A stretch of DNA of 64,000 bases. Origin: Eledone cirrhosa (taxonomy: Eukaryota). A model generated the notes under the pieces. The model did no database searches. It was not told the DNA's origin and was given only the letters and a program-made list of their open reading frames with translations. Shown here in pieces: positions 26,659 to 37,400 of the stretch. Positions within the stretch are counted from its first letter, which is position 1. Each line of letters opens with the position of its first letter. The DNA lies in the NCBI GenBank assembly GCA_964016885.1, contig OZ024743.1, forward strand, positions 351,168,001 through 351,232,000. Reading direction: 5' to 3'. A program made the position numbers and the translations under genes.

Positions 26659-26690
<32 letters not shown>

Positions 26691-26700
26691 CATATACATA

Positions 26701-26778
<78 letters not shown>

Positions 26779-27230
26779 CATGTATATATCAAATGTATTT
26801 GTGTACGTGTGTATGTGTTTCATTAAATATGTACGTATGACATAAGCTGAGCGTTTCTTAAGAGCAAACAAAAAATAGTTTAGCAAGATGGGATGTAAAA
26901 ATGGGAATTTATACTATGCCCTACTGATCTTTTTTTCTTCCTTTCGTTTTCTATTTATTTCTTACTCCCTTTCTGTCAACCCTTCTGTCTACGTATCTAT
27001 TTATCTTTTACTCTTTTTGCTTAAGCTAGTTATCTATTTGTATATTTATTTCTGTCTATTTTCGTCATAAAATTGTTGCAATAAATAGGAAATCTGTGGA
27101 TGTGTGTGAAAAGATACTTCAAGTTTGAGAAGGAAAAAAACTCTGTAAAATGTCTAACTTCCCACTACCTCTCTCTCTCTCTCTCTCTTTCTTTATTCAT
27201 TATCCCCCAATATGTTTTATTCACACAACC

Positions 27231-27273
<43 letters not shown>

Positions 27274-27404
27274 CGTGTGTTTATACGTGCGTACGAATGT
27301 ATATGTATACAAATCAATATATGTGAGTGTATGTATATATAAATATGTATGTATGTATATATATATGTGTGTGTGTGTGTGTATGTATGTATATATATAT
27401 GTGA

Positions 27405-27440
<36 letters not shown>

Positions 27441-27449
27441 TAATATATG

Positions 27450-27499
<50 letters not shown>

Positions 27500-27584
27500 A
27501 AGACGATGGGCAGGGTTTGTAATAACAAAATATGATCTGGAATAAACAGAGTTGCCCTATCGTATGGAATATAATGTAAATATA

Positions 27585-27772
27585 ATTGTTTATACTTTTG
27601 ACACAAGGCCAGTAATTACCCAGTACATTACTGGTACTTTATCTTATCGACCCCGTAAGGATGAAAGGCAAAGTTAACCTCGGCGGGATTTGAACTCAGA
27701 TCGTAAAGAGACGTAACTATGCTGCAAAGCATGGCGTCCGACTCTCTACCGATACTGCCAATCCACCGCCCC
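27585..27772 (-). mobile_element. SINE copy
   Basis: Reverse complement of the SINE consensus. Confidence 0.85.
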
Positions 27773-27948
27773 TGTAAATATAATGGGAATATAACTGAAT
27801 AGAAAGGTAGTTATATAAATTGATTGATTGATTGGTTGATTGATTGACTGACTCACTGACTCACTGACAAGCATACAAACAGACAGACATACAGACAGGC
27901 AGACATACAGACATACAGACATACAGACATACAGATAGACATATAGGC

Positions 27949-27984
<36 letters not shown>

Positions 27985-28198
27985 TTCTTTATTTACCATA
28001 AAGGCATAAAAAGAAGGGACAAATACAAAGGGGGAGTTTACATATAATCGAGTAAAAAGGGTGTAACATGAAAATAATCGAAAATAACCTCAAAAGGGAG
28101 GGGACGTGATGGGGGTTGCACACACCCCCGAAAAAGTGTGCAATCCTTTGCCCGGGGAGCACATGGAGAAGGTGTTCCCCTCTCCTTTACTTCTTTAC

Positions 28199-31100
28199 CT
28201 ACAGGATGGTATACAGAGAAGGCCCATTTACACGAGCCATTCTCGCCACTATCACCCACCTTTCATAAAACTGCCTGTGGCCAAGCACCTCTCTCTCCAT
28301 TCTTATCCTTCTTCCGAAGTGATATCGGAAGAAGTAGACCAGACTATGGCCAGAGAGGAAGTTGCCTGACCTCAGACCTTTCAATCGTGTCCACCAAACA
28401 ACCTCTTTCAACATGGCTATTACGCACAGAAAAACCGCCTTTGCTTCCTTTGTGAAGAGGGGAGGCGGTTTGATTGTCATCACGGACTCGGCGGTCAATT
28501 TAATCGGCGCCACCCGCGACAGCAGTTGTTCGGCGTAGCCCCACAGATCAGCCACGCCCGGACATTGCACCAATGCGTGCGCCACGGTTTCTTCGTGACG
28601 CACGCATCTAGGGCAAATCTTTTTTGAGGGATCCCTGCCCGGGCGCCCGTGTCTGTAGAGCCTCTCTCGAACGGGTAGAGCCCCTCGGTAGCACTGCCAG
28701 GCCAGTGACTTCTGGAAGTTGTCCATTGGTCCTGGGCCGAAAGTCCTACCGAACAGGCTGGCCAGTTCGTCTTCTTCCATGTCCAGCGACTCTCCAAGGG
28801 TGTCATCGCCCCTGCTAGCCACCAGCCCTCTATAGAATGATGAGGTGGATTCTCCACCGATGGCCCGGCCCGCTTGCCAGAGAGCCCTGAGCGCCTGAGC
28901 ACACTCAGTGTGCCAGTCTCCCAGTTTTCCGGATCTTTGCTTGACCCAGGACTGTAGCTCGGTGAGTGAGACGAGTCTCGGAAAGGCTCGTTTCACGAAC
29001 GGAGCCCACACCGGTTGACCAGTGAGGAATACCTGTAGGTGCCGTAGCCTTAATGCGTGCCTACGCATCATCAACCACGGCATCCCCAGCCCTCCTTTCG
29101 AAGGTTGTTGGCAGCAGATGGATCTTCTCACCATAGGAGGACGCTTCTTCCAAAGAAATTGGAAGAGCATGCGTTCCATGGTGGTGAGTGTTTCCTTAGG
29201 GCAAGGCACGACAGTCAGGCGGTAGTAAGTGACGGACGCTATGTAAATGTTCGCCACCTCCGCCCGGCCTTTTAGGGACAGCTTACACTTGGCCCATTTC
29301 TGGGTTAGTGCAAACACCTTGTTCGTAACCTCGTTCCAGTTCTTTTCCACCTGGAGGTCCGGTCCAAACCAGACCCCAAGCAACTTTACCGGGCCCTCCG
29401 TCCAGTGTCCGACGACACCGTCAGGAGGCATCGGTTTGCCTCTCCACGTTCCGAGTTGCAGCCCGATGGATTTTTCCCGGTTCAGTTTCGCTCCTGACAA
29501 CCTTTCGTACTCCTCCAGTAAGGTACCGATCGCCTCGATCTCCGAGTCGGTTGATACCATTACTGTTACGTCATCGGCGTAGGCCGACACCGCTTTGCTC
29601 AATCCTGGTTCCAGGGGGATACCCTGCAACAACTCCAACTTCCTCAGTAAAGGCTCGAGAGTCAATACGTACAGAAGGGAGGAGAGAGGGCACCCCTGTC
29701 GAATGGATCGTGTGATTTCGAACGGCTTCGAAAGGTAGCCGTTCACCTTGATCCTAGAACAGATGTGGTTGCTATGTAGGGCAGTGATCCAGCCTCTGAA
29801 AACAGGACCGAACCCAGCCGCCGCTAGCACCGCATCCAGGTAACCATGGTCGACCCTATCGAAGGCCTTAGACTGATCCAAGTTGATCAGGGCCCCACCG
29901 AAGCCGGGTTTGTTGCCAACCCTCTCTATGATGTATCGCATGAGGTGGAGGTTATCGTGAATGGACCTGGATGGGATAGCACATGTCTGCGCATCTCCCA
30001 CCAGGCCACCCACGACAAGCGCCAACCTCTTTGCTAACACCTTGGCCAAAATCTTTAACTCTGTGTTTAGCAGGGTTATGGGCCGAAAATTATTTATACT
30101 ATCCCCCTTGTTCTCGTCCTTCCTCACCAGCGTGACTACGCCCTTGGCTACAGAACAAGGAATTCTCCCGTTCTGCTGCCAATTGCAGTAGACCGCTTCG
30201 AGGAGTTCGGAGAAGAAGACCGGCATTGCTAAATAAAGTTCGTAAGGTATACCATCGAGACCTGGAGATTTGCGTCTGCTGCATTGGCTCAGCGCATCTC
30301 CGATCTCATCAGCCGAGATTGGTCCCTCGCAGGACTCTGCCTCTTTGTTCGAGAGACGCGGCAGGCCGTCGAGGTATGGACCGAAATCCACGCCCCGGCC
30401 CGGACCCTCGCCTCCCCCGAACAATCGGGCAAAGTGCTTTTGAAAGGCCTCGCACATCTGCTTAGGCTCCCGGATCACTCGTCCATCTTCGTCTTGCAAC
30501 GACCGGATGGTGGATCGATTTCCACTTTTAGCTTCTGTCACGCGGGCCCATCCAACGGCTTTGGCCCCCTCATTACCTAGAGCACGTATTTTACTTCGAA
30601 TGACGCAGCCTTCATGCTTTGCATCGAAAAACTGGTTCAAGGCCGTCCTCGATGCCAGCACTCTGGCCACATCTTCGCTCTTGATTGCCTCTTCTAATTT
30701 ACCTGTTAATTCTTTCTCGTTTCTATTCCTATTGGCAGCTAACATCTTGCTATAACTTATTGATTCTGTTCTAATCTCTCTTTTGAGAGATGCCCACCAT
30801 CGGTTGTTGACGATTGCACCCGTCAACCTCTCCTTAACTAATCTGCTAATCCGGTTTCTGTAAGTCTCTTTTGCCGGTAAAGACAAATTAAGTTTCCAGT
30901 AACCGGGACCCTGTCTATGTGTTTTCTCGAGATTGACCACGCAGGTCACTAATTTGTGATCCGTGTAGCCAACCGTGCGCATTTCTGGACAGCTTAATAT
31001 GTCCCTATCCTTACTTCTAACTAAGAATCTATCTAAGTACGATCTAGATTGACCACTGTGGTTTCTCCAAGTCCAGGTAGGCACAGTTGGAAAATCTAGT

Positions 31101-31636
31101 CGATATCTATCGACCAAGTTAAAACGGTCGAGTAACCCCTTGAGGCTGTTACACCCCCCTCTATTAGGACATGCTCCTGCATAGTCCCAACGTGCATCTA
31201 GGATGTCATTCCAATCCCCCGCTAGAAGCAGGGAACGCGACGTTCCCAGAAAAGTCTCCAAACGCTGGAAGAAGTCGGGCCGTTCAGCTCCGAAAGGGGA
31301 GTAGACGGCGACCAGTCTCAAGGCCGCACTTTCACTACTGCCAACGTCTAGCACCAACAAACGACCCTCCGGGTCCGAGTGCACAACCTGTACGGCAAGA
31401 CCCAGGTGTTTTTGCAGCAGCACGACAACCCCACCCCCACCTCCAGGTTGACAGAGAGATGCATGCACCTCAAAGTCATCGAAGGTGGGGGCCAGCTGCC
31501 GCATGACGCTGATTCGAGTCTCACAGATAACCATTACATTTATACTACATGACCTGAGGTCATTTAGAAGCTTTGCTTGCTTCCAAGTTGAGCCCAGGCC
31601 ACGTGCATTCAAACATCCTACTCTTAACACATCCAT
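28199..31636 (-). CDS. Tx1 ORF2 protein, 1145 aa: APE endonuclease, reverse transcriptase, CCHC domain
   Basis: Uninterrupted ORF. Motifs: CLNARGL, CETR, GDWN, SYLDRF, TDH, DQSKAFDRV, RQGCPLS, YADD, CPRC..ETVAHALVQC. Confidence 0.92.
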   Translation of the reverse strand: MDVLRVGCLNARGLGSTWKQAKLLNDLRSCSINVMVICETRISVMRQLAPTFDDFEVHASLCQPGGGGGVVVLLQKHLGLAVQVVHSDPEGRLLVLDVGSSESAALRLVAVYSPFGAERPDFFQRLETFLGTSRSLLLAGDWNDILDARWDYAGACPNRGGCNSLKGLLDRFNLVDRYRLDFPTVPTWTWRNHSGQSRSYLDRFLVRSKDRDILSCPEMRTVGYTDHKLVTCVVNLEKTHRQGPGYWKLNLSLPAKETYRNRISRLVKERLTGAIVNNRWWASLKREIRTESISYSKMLAANRNRNEKELTGKLEEAIKSEDVARVLASRTALNQFFDAKHEGCVIRSKIRALGNEGAKAVGWARVTEAKSGNRSTIRSLQDEDGRVIREPKQMCEAFQKHFARLFGGGEGPGRGVDFGPYLDGLPRLSNKEAESCEGPISADEIGDALSQCSRRKSPGLDGIPYELYLAMPVFFSELLEAVYCNWQQNGRIPCSVAKGVVTLVRKDENKGDSINNFRPITLLNTELKILAKVLAKRLALVVGGLVGDAQTCAIPSRSIHDNLHLMRYIIERVGNKPGFGGALINLDQSKAFDRVDHGYLDAVLAAAGFGPVFRGWITALHSNHICSRIKVNGYLSKPFEITRSIRQGCPLSSLLYVLTLEPLLRKLELLQGIPLEPGLSKAVSAYADDVTVMVSTDSEIEAIGTLLEEYERLSGAKLNREKSIGLQLGTWRGKPMPPDGVVGHWTEGPVKLLGVWFGPDLQVEKNWNEVTNKVFALTQKWAKCKLSLKGRAEVANIYIASVTYYRLTVVPCPKETLTTMERMLFQFLWKKRPPMVRRSICCQQPSKGGLGMPWLMMRRHALRLRHLQVFLTGQPVWAPFVKRAFPRLVSLTELQSWVKQRSGKLGDWHTECAQALRALWQAGRAIGGESTSSFYRGLVASRGDDTLGESLDMEEDELASLFGRTFGPGPMDNFQKSLAWQCYRGALPVRERLYRHGRPGRDPSKKICPRCVRHEETVAHALVQCPGVADLWGYAEQLLSRVAPIKLTAESVMTIKPPPLFTKEAKAVFLCVIAMLKEVVWWTRLKGLRSGNFLSGHSLVYFFRYHFGRRIRMEREVLGHRQFYERWVIVARMARVNGPSLYTIL

Positions 31637-31669
31637 GTGGGCGGCAGAGCCAAAGGAGAGTGTAGAGAC

Positions 31670-33551
31670 CTACCTTTCCGCTTCCCGGGGTTCGGGTTGC
31701 ACGACTTCCATGGGGTCGGGGGTGTTGGGTGAAGGGGTGTCTTGTGGTGGTGTGGGGTCGTCGGTGTGTGGTGGGGTTGGGGTGTTTGGAGTTGTGTTGG
31801 GGAGGGGAAGGGGAGGGGGAAAGCTTTTTAGTAGGACGCGGTTTATGGGTTTGACAGAGGGTGGTCCTACGTCCTCCTTAAAATCCTTTTTTAGTTTTTG
31901 GTAGAGGTTCATTGGGATTTTTATTAGTTTTAAATGTGGGTGGTTTTCTGATGAAACAAAGTTTACACCTTCGGTTTGTACCGAAGGATTATTGTATATG
32001 AGTTCATTTAATTTATTATTGTTTCTGTTGATGTAAGTATAGTGTAATGTCTTTTTTTCCGATGGTGTGAGTGTTTCGAAGAGGGGAGGGGCAGGTTTGG
32101 TTTTGTTTGTTGCTGGAGGGGTGTTTTCTGTTTTGTTAGATTGTGTTGCGATTTGGGTGGGGGTTGTTTGTCCTTGTGTGTTTTGCACATGTTTTCTTTT
32201 TTTCCTTTTAATCTGTCTGAAGGACTCCGTTTCTTCCTCCGAATTCGTTGGGTTATCTTCAGTGTTGGAGGGAAGAGGTATGTTTGCTGGTAATGTTTCC
32301 GTGTTGGTTTTCTTTGTGGGGGAGATGGATGTCACTATGTTAGACTGTGTTGTGTGTTGTGTCTGCGGTGGTTGTGTTGTTTTATTGAGTGAGAGGTTGG
32401 GTGGGCCTGTATTTTGTTTTGGGGTAATGTGTTGTGACTGTTTGTGTTGTGGTGGTGTTGTGGTGTTACTGAGGGACGGGTTGGGTGGGACTGAGTTTTG
32501 TTGTTTGTTTATCTGTTGTGGTGGTGGTGGTGGAGCTGGTGTTGGTAGCAGGGTTTTCTTTTTGTTGAGTTGGGGACAAGCGGCCTTCAGGTGCCCTCTG
32601 CCTGCACAGATATGGCAGGACGGCCTTCTCCCCTCCACGCTAATGTTTATATACCCGTGGTCCTCTAATAGGATTCTGTCGGGTATTTGGGCGATGCGTT
32701 CAGGCTTCATTTGTACTACCAGCTCTATACCTGTTCCACTGAACGCATTGCCTGTGGTTTTCCCAATGGAAATCACGTTGTCATTCACTGGATCGATGAA
32801 GCCAGCTATGAGCCAGCAGTAGTCCACATCTGGCATCATTGCATCCAGCCATATGCGTTGAGTTTTTTTCCCCATATAAGATGGATAAAAGGTGAAATTT
32901 TTCGAACGAATCGGTGACAAAGCACATTTTTTTGCCGCCGATTCGTTCTTCATGATAATTGCTAGGCTTCCATACAGTCTGTCTTTTCTTATGAAAGTTG
33001 TTTCATTCAGTACTTCTGCGAGTACTGTTTTGATATCTGCTTGAGAAGGCTGTTCAGGTTTTTTTTGTACTGTTGTTGATGGTCCGAAACTTGACCGTTC
33101 GGCTTTCAATGTCTTTCGTGAATTCTTGAGGCATTTTTACCAATAAAATACCATTCTCACCTTCACTTATGTATTGTTTTGCGTCCGTGATTCTTCGTAC
33201 CACATCTGAAATGTTTTCCGCTATATAAGTCAAAGATTTCTTTGTTTTCTGTGCAAAAGAGATCTTGTCGTCTGCTTTGTTTTCTGATATTATGTTATTT
33301 TCAACTGTTATTTTTTTGTTTGTTGTGTCTTTGTTTGTGTTATTAGTATTGTCATGCAATTTTTCAAATTTTTTTTTTTCGTTGTTTTCGTCATTTAATT
33401 TTTTTTCCTCCGCAGATTCGTCCGTTTTTATTTTCATTTTTCCTTCCTTCTCTATGACGTTAGTTGGGAAGGAAGGGAGGACTAAAGCGTGCGAGCTTAC
33501 AACTCTTACCGCTGTCCCCCCACCACTATTTTCGTTCGCTGCGTTTAACAT
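31670..33551 (-). pseudogene. Tx1 copy D ORF1 (CCHC knuckle), split by one frameshift at an A9 run
   Basis: 33054..33551 and 31670..33109 overlap at the T-run 33059-33067. Knuckle CHICAGRGHLKAAC. The shift may be a sequencing error. Confidence 0.75.
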
Positions 33552-33782
33552 TTCTGTTAGACGATTGAAATTTTTTACACAAAATTTTTTAAAACAGGTT
33601 TTTCACCTCTAGGAGGGGTAAAGATGAGCTGACCCACCGCCTGACAGTTCAGACGGAGGGTCAAGCTACACAATTGTATCAAAATTAAGTTTGAACTCAC
33701 AAAATTTCCTCAATAAATTTGAACAAAACTTCTGTGCGAAGTGAATGACATCCACACTGTAGAACAGACGACAGCTAGATTA

Positions 33783-33813
<31 letters not shown>

Positions 33814-33849
33814 TATTTCTAGATAGATAGATAGATAGATAGATAGATA

Positions 33850-34410
33850 TGTTTCTTTTATTTGCCACTAGGGCATCAAAAGTGGGACAAGTACAAAGGG
33901 GGAGTTTACACAAAAAGGCGTCCTCAATAAGGAGGAGGCAATAACAAAATATAAAAATAAAATAAGATATAACAAAAAATAAAATTTATAACAAAATCCT
34001 CAATAGAGAGGAGGCGCCTTGGAGGGTCGCACACACCCCCGAAAAACGTGTGCAACCCTTCTCCTCAGGAGCACAGAGAAGGGGTGCTCCCTTGGTCTTT
34101 CATCTTCCTCACCTATAGTCTGATGTAGAGTGAAGGCCCATTCACACGGGCCATTCTCGCCACTTTCACCCATCTTTCATAGAAACGGCTGGGGTGCAGC
34201 ACCTCTCTCTCCATCCTGATCCTTCTTCCGAAATGATATCGGAAGAAACGGACCAGTTGTTGGCCAGAGAGAAAGGTGCCTGACCTCAGTCCTTTCAGAC
34301 GCGTCCACCATACAACCTCTTTCGCCATGGCTATTACGCACAGAAACACCGCCTCTGCTTCATCTTTGAAGGGGGGAGGCGGCTTGATCATTACAATAGA
34401 CTCGGTGGTC
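33850..34410 (-). mobile_element. 5'-truncated Tx1 copy E in (GATA)n
   Basis: ORF2 C-terminus (34113..34391) plus 3'UTR. (GATA)n on both sides. Confidence 0.9.
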
Positions 34411-34439
34411 AGATAGATAGATAGATAGATAGATAGATA

Positions 34440-37400
34440 AATTTCTATTTATTTGCCACGAGGTCACAAAAGAAGGGGACATTTACACAGTGGGGGAGTT
34501 TACATAAATCGAGTAAAGAAAAAAGGAATAACAATAATAATATAACAATAAAAAGTCCTCAAAAGGGAGGGGGCGTGTTGGGGATTGCACATACCCCCGA
34601 AAAGTGTGCAACTCTTTTCGCGGGGGAAGCCCAGAGAGGAGGCGCTCCCTCTTTCCTCTTCACTTCTTCACCTATAGAACAATGTAGAGAGAAGGCCCAT
34701 TTACACGGGCCATTCTCGCTTCTTTCACCCACCTTTCATAAAACTGTCTGGGACCAAGCACTTCTCTCTCCATCCTGATTCTTCTTCCGAAGTGGTATCG
34801 GAAGAAGTAAACCAGGTGATGGCCGGAGAGAAAGTCACCCGACCTCAGACCTTTCAGGCGCGTCCACCACACAACCTCTTTCATCATGGCTATTACGCAC
34901 AGAAAGACCGCCTCTGCTTCATTTCTGAAGGGAGGAGGCGGCTTGATGTTCACCACAGACTCGGCGGTTAATCGAATCGGCGCCACACGCGACAGCAGTC
35001 GTTCGACGTAGCCCCACAGATCGGCAACGCCCGGGCAGTGTACCAGTGCATGCGCAACGGTTTCCTCGTCGCGCACGCATCTGGGACAGATCTTTTTCGC
35101 GGGATCCCTGCCCGGGCGCCCGTGCCTGTAGAGCTTTTCTCGAACGGGCAGAGCCCCCCGGTAACACTGCCAGGCTAGGGACCTCTGGAAGTTGTCCATG
35201 GGTCCCGGGCCGAAAGTTCTACCGAACAGGCTGGCCAGTTCGTCCTCCTCCATGCCTAGCGACTCTCCAAGGGTGTCGTCGCCCCTGCTAGCCACCAACC
35301 CTCTATAGAATGTCGAGGTGGATTCTCCACTTACAGTCGGGTCCGCTTGCCAGATAGCCGTGAGCGCCTGGACACACTCAGTGTGCCAGTTGCCCAGTTT
35401 TCTCGGTCTTTGCTTCACCCAGGATTGCAGTTCGGTGAGCGAGACGAGCTGTGGGAAGGCTCGTCTCACAAACGGGGCCCACACCGGCTGACCGTTGAGG
35501 AATACCTGTAGATGCCGTAGCCTCAATGCGTGCCTACGCATCAACAGCCACGGCATACCCAGCCCTCCTTTCGAAGGGTGCTGGCAGCAGATGGATCTCC
35601 TCACCATGGGAGGCCGCTTCTTCCAGAGGAACTGGAAGAGCATGCGTTCCATGATGGTGAGCTTTTCCTTGGGGCAAGGCACGACGGTCAGGCGGTAGTA
35701 GATGACGGACGCTATGTAAGCGTTCGTCACCTCCGCCCGACCTTTCAGTGATAGTTTGCACTTGGCCCACTTCTGGGTCAGCGCAAACACCCTGCTCGTC
35801 ACCTCGCCCCAATTCTTCTCCACCTGGAGGTCCGGTCCGAACCAGACCCCGAGCAGCTTCACCGGGCCCTCCGTCCACCGCCCGACGACACCGTCTAACG
35901 GCATCGGTTTGCCCCTCCACGTTCCGAGTTGCAAACCGACTGACTTGTCCTGGTTCAGCTTAGCCCCCGTCAGCCTTTCGTATTCCTCGAGTAGGGTGGC
36001 GATCGCCCCGATTTCCGAGGCGTCCGCCACCATTACTGTTACGTCGTCGGCATAGGCCGAGACCGCTTTGTGCAATCCCGGTTCCAGGGGTATGCCCCGC
36101 AGCAACTCCAACTTCCGCAGCAGTGGCTCGAGAGTCAATACGTACAGAAGGGAGGAGAGGTGGCACCCCTGTCTGATGGATCGGGTGATTTGAAACGGCT
36201 CCGAGAGGTAGCCGTTTACTTTAATCCTAGAGTAGATGTTGTCACTGTGCATGGCAGAAATCCAGCCCCTGAAAACGGGTCCGAAGCCCGCCGCCGCTAG
36301 CACCGCATCCAGGTAACCATGGTCGACCCTATCGAACGCCTTAGATTGATCCAAGTTGATCAGGGCCCCACCAAAGCCGGGTTCGTAGCCAACCCTCTCT
36401 ATGATGTATCGCATGAGGTGGAGGTTGTCGTGAATGGACCTGGACGGGATAGCGCATGTCTGCGCGTCTCCCACCAAACCACCCACCACAAGCGCCAACC
36501 TCTTCGCCAACACCTTGGCCAAAATCTGTAACTCTGCATTCAGCAGAGTTATGGGCCTAAAGTTACTTAAGTCGTCCCCCTTGCTCTCGTCCTTCCTCAC
36601 TAGCGTGACCACGCCCTTGGTCACAGAACAGGGAATTCTCCCGTTCTGTTGCCAGTTGCAATAGACAGCCTCGAGGAGTTCGGAGAACAAGACCGGCATA
36701 GCTAAATAAAGTTCGTATGGTAGACCATCGAGACCCGGGGATTTGCGTCTGCTGCATTGGCTGAGCGCTTCCCCGATTTCAGTGGCTGTGATTGGCCTTT
36801 CGCAGCACTCCGCTTCGCCGCTCGAAAGACGCGGTAGACCGTCGAGGTATGGACCGAAGTCCACATCCCCGTCCGGCCCCCCGCCACCTCCGAACAGTCG
36901 AGCAAAGTGCCTTTGAAAGGTCTCGCACATTCGCTCAGGTTCAAGGATCACCCGTCCATCCTGGTCTCGCAAAGACCGAATGGTGGATTTAATCCCACTC
37001 TTGGCTTCTGTCACGCGGGCCCAGCTAACAGCTTTGGTCCCCTCGTTTCCTAAAGCACGTATTTTACTTCGGACAACGCAGCCTTCGTGCTTCGCGTCAA
37101 AGAACTGGCTCAATGCCGTTCTCGTCGCTAACACTCTGGCTACGTCTCCGCTCCTAATCGCCTCTTCTAGTTTATCTGTTAACTCCCTTTCCCTCCTATT
37201 TCTATTCGCCGCTAGTTCCTTACTGTAACCTATCGAACTTACTCTAATCTCTCTCTTTAGAGATATCCACCACCTACTGTTGACGATCGCTCCCGTCAAC
37301 CGCATCTTAACTAAGCTACTAATCCGGTTTCTGTAATCTTTCTTTGTCGGTAAGGACAAGTTCATCTTCCAGTAACCGGGACCTTGTCTATGCGTTCTAT

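Larger units (their letters stand above)
27985..33775 (-). mobile_element. Full-length Tx1 element, copy D, in (GATA)n
   Basis: (GATA)n at 27950-27984 and 33776-33849. Has ORF1, intact ORF2 and a 3'UTR ending AAATAAAGAA. Confidence 0.92.
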
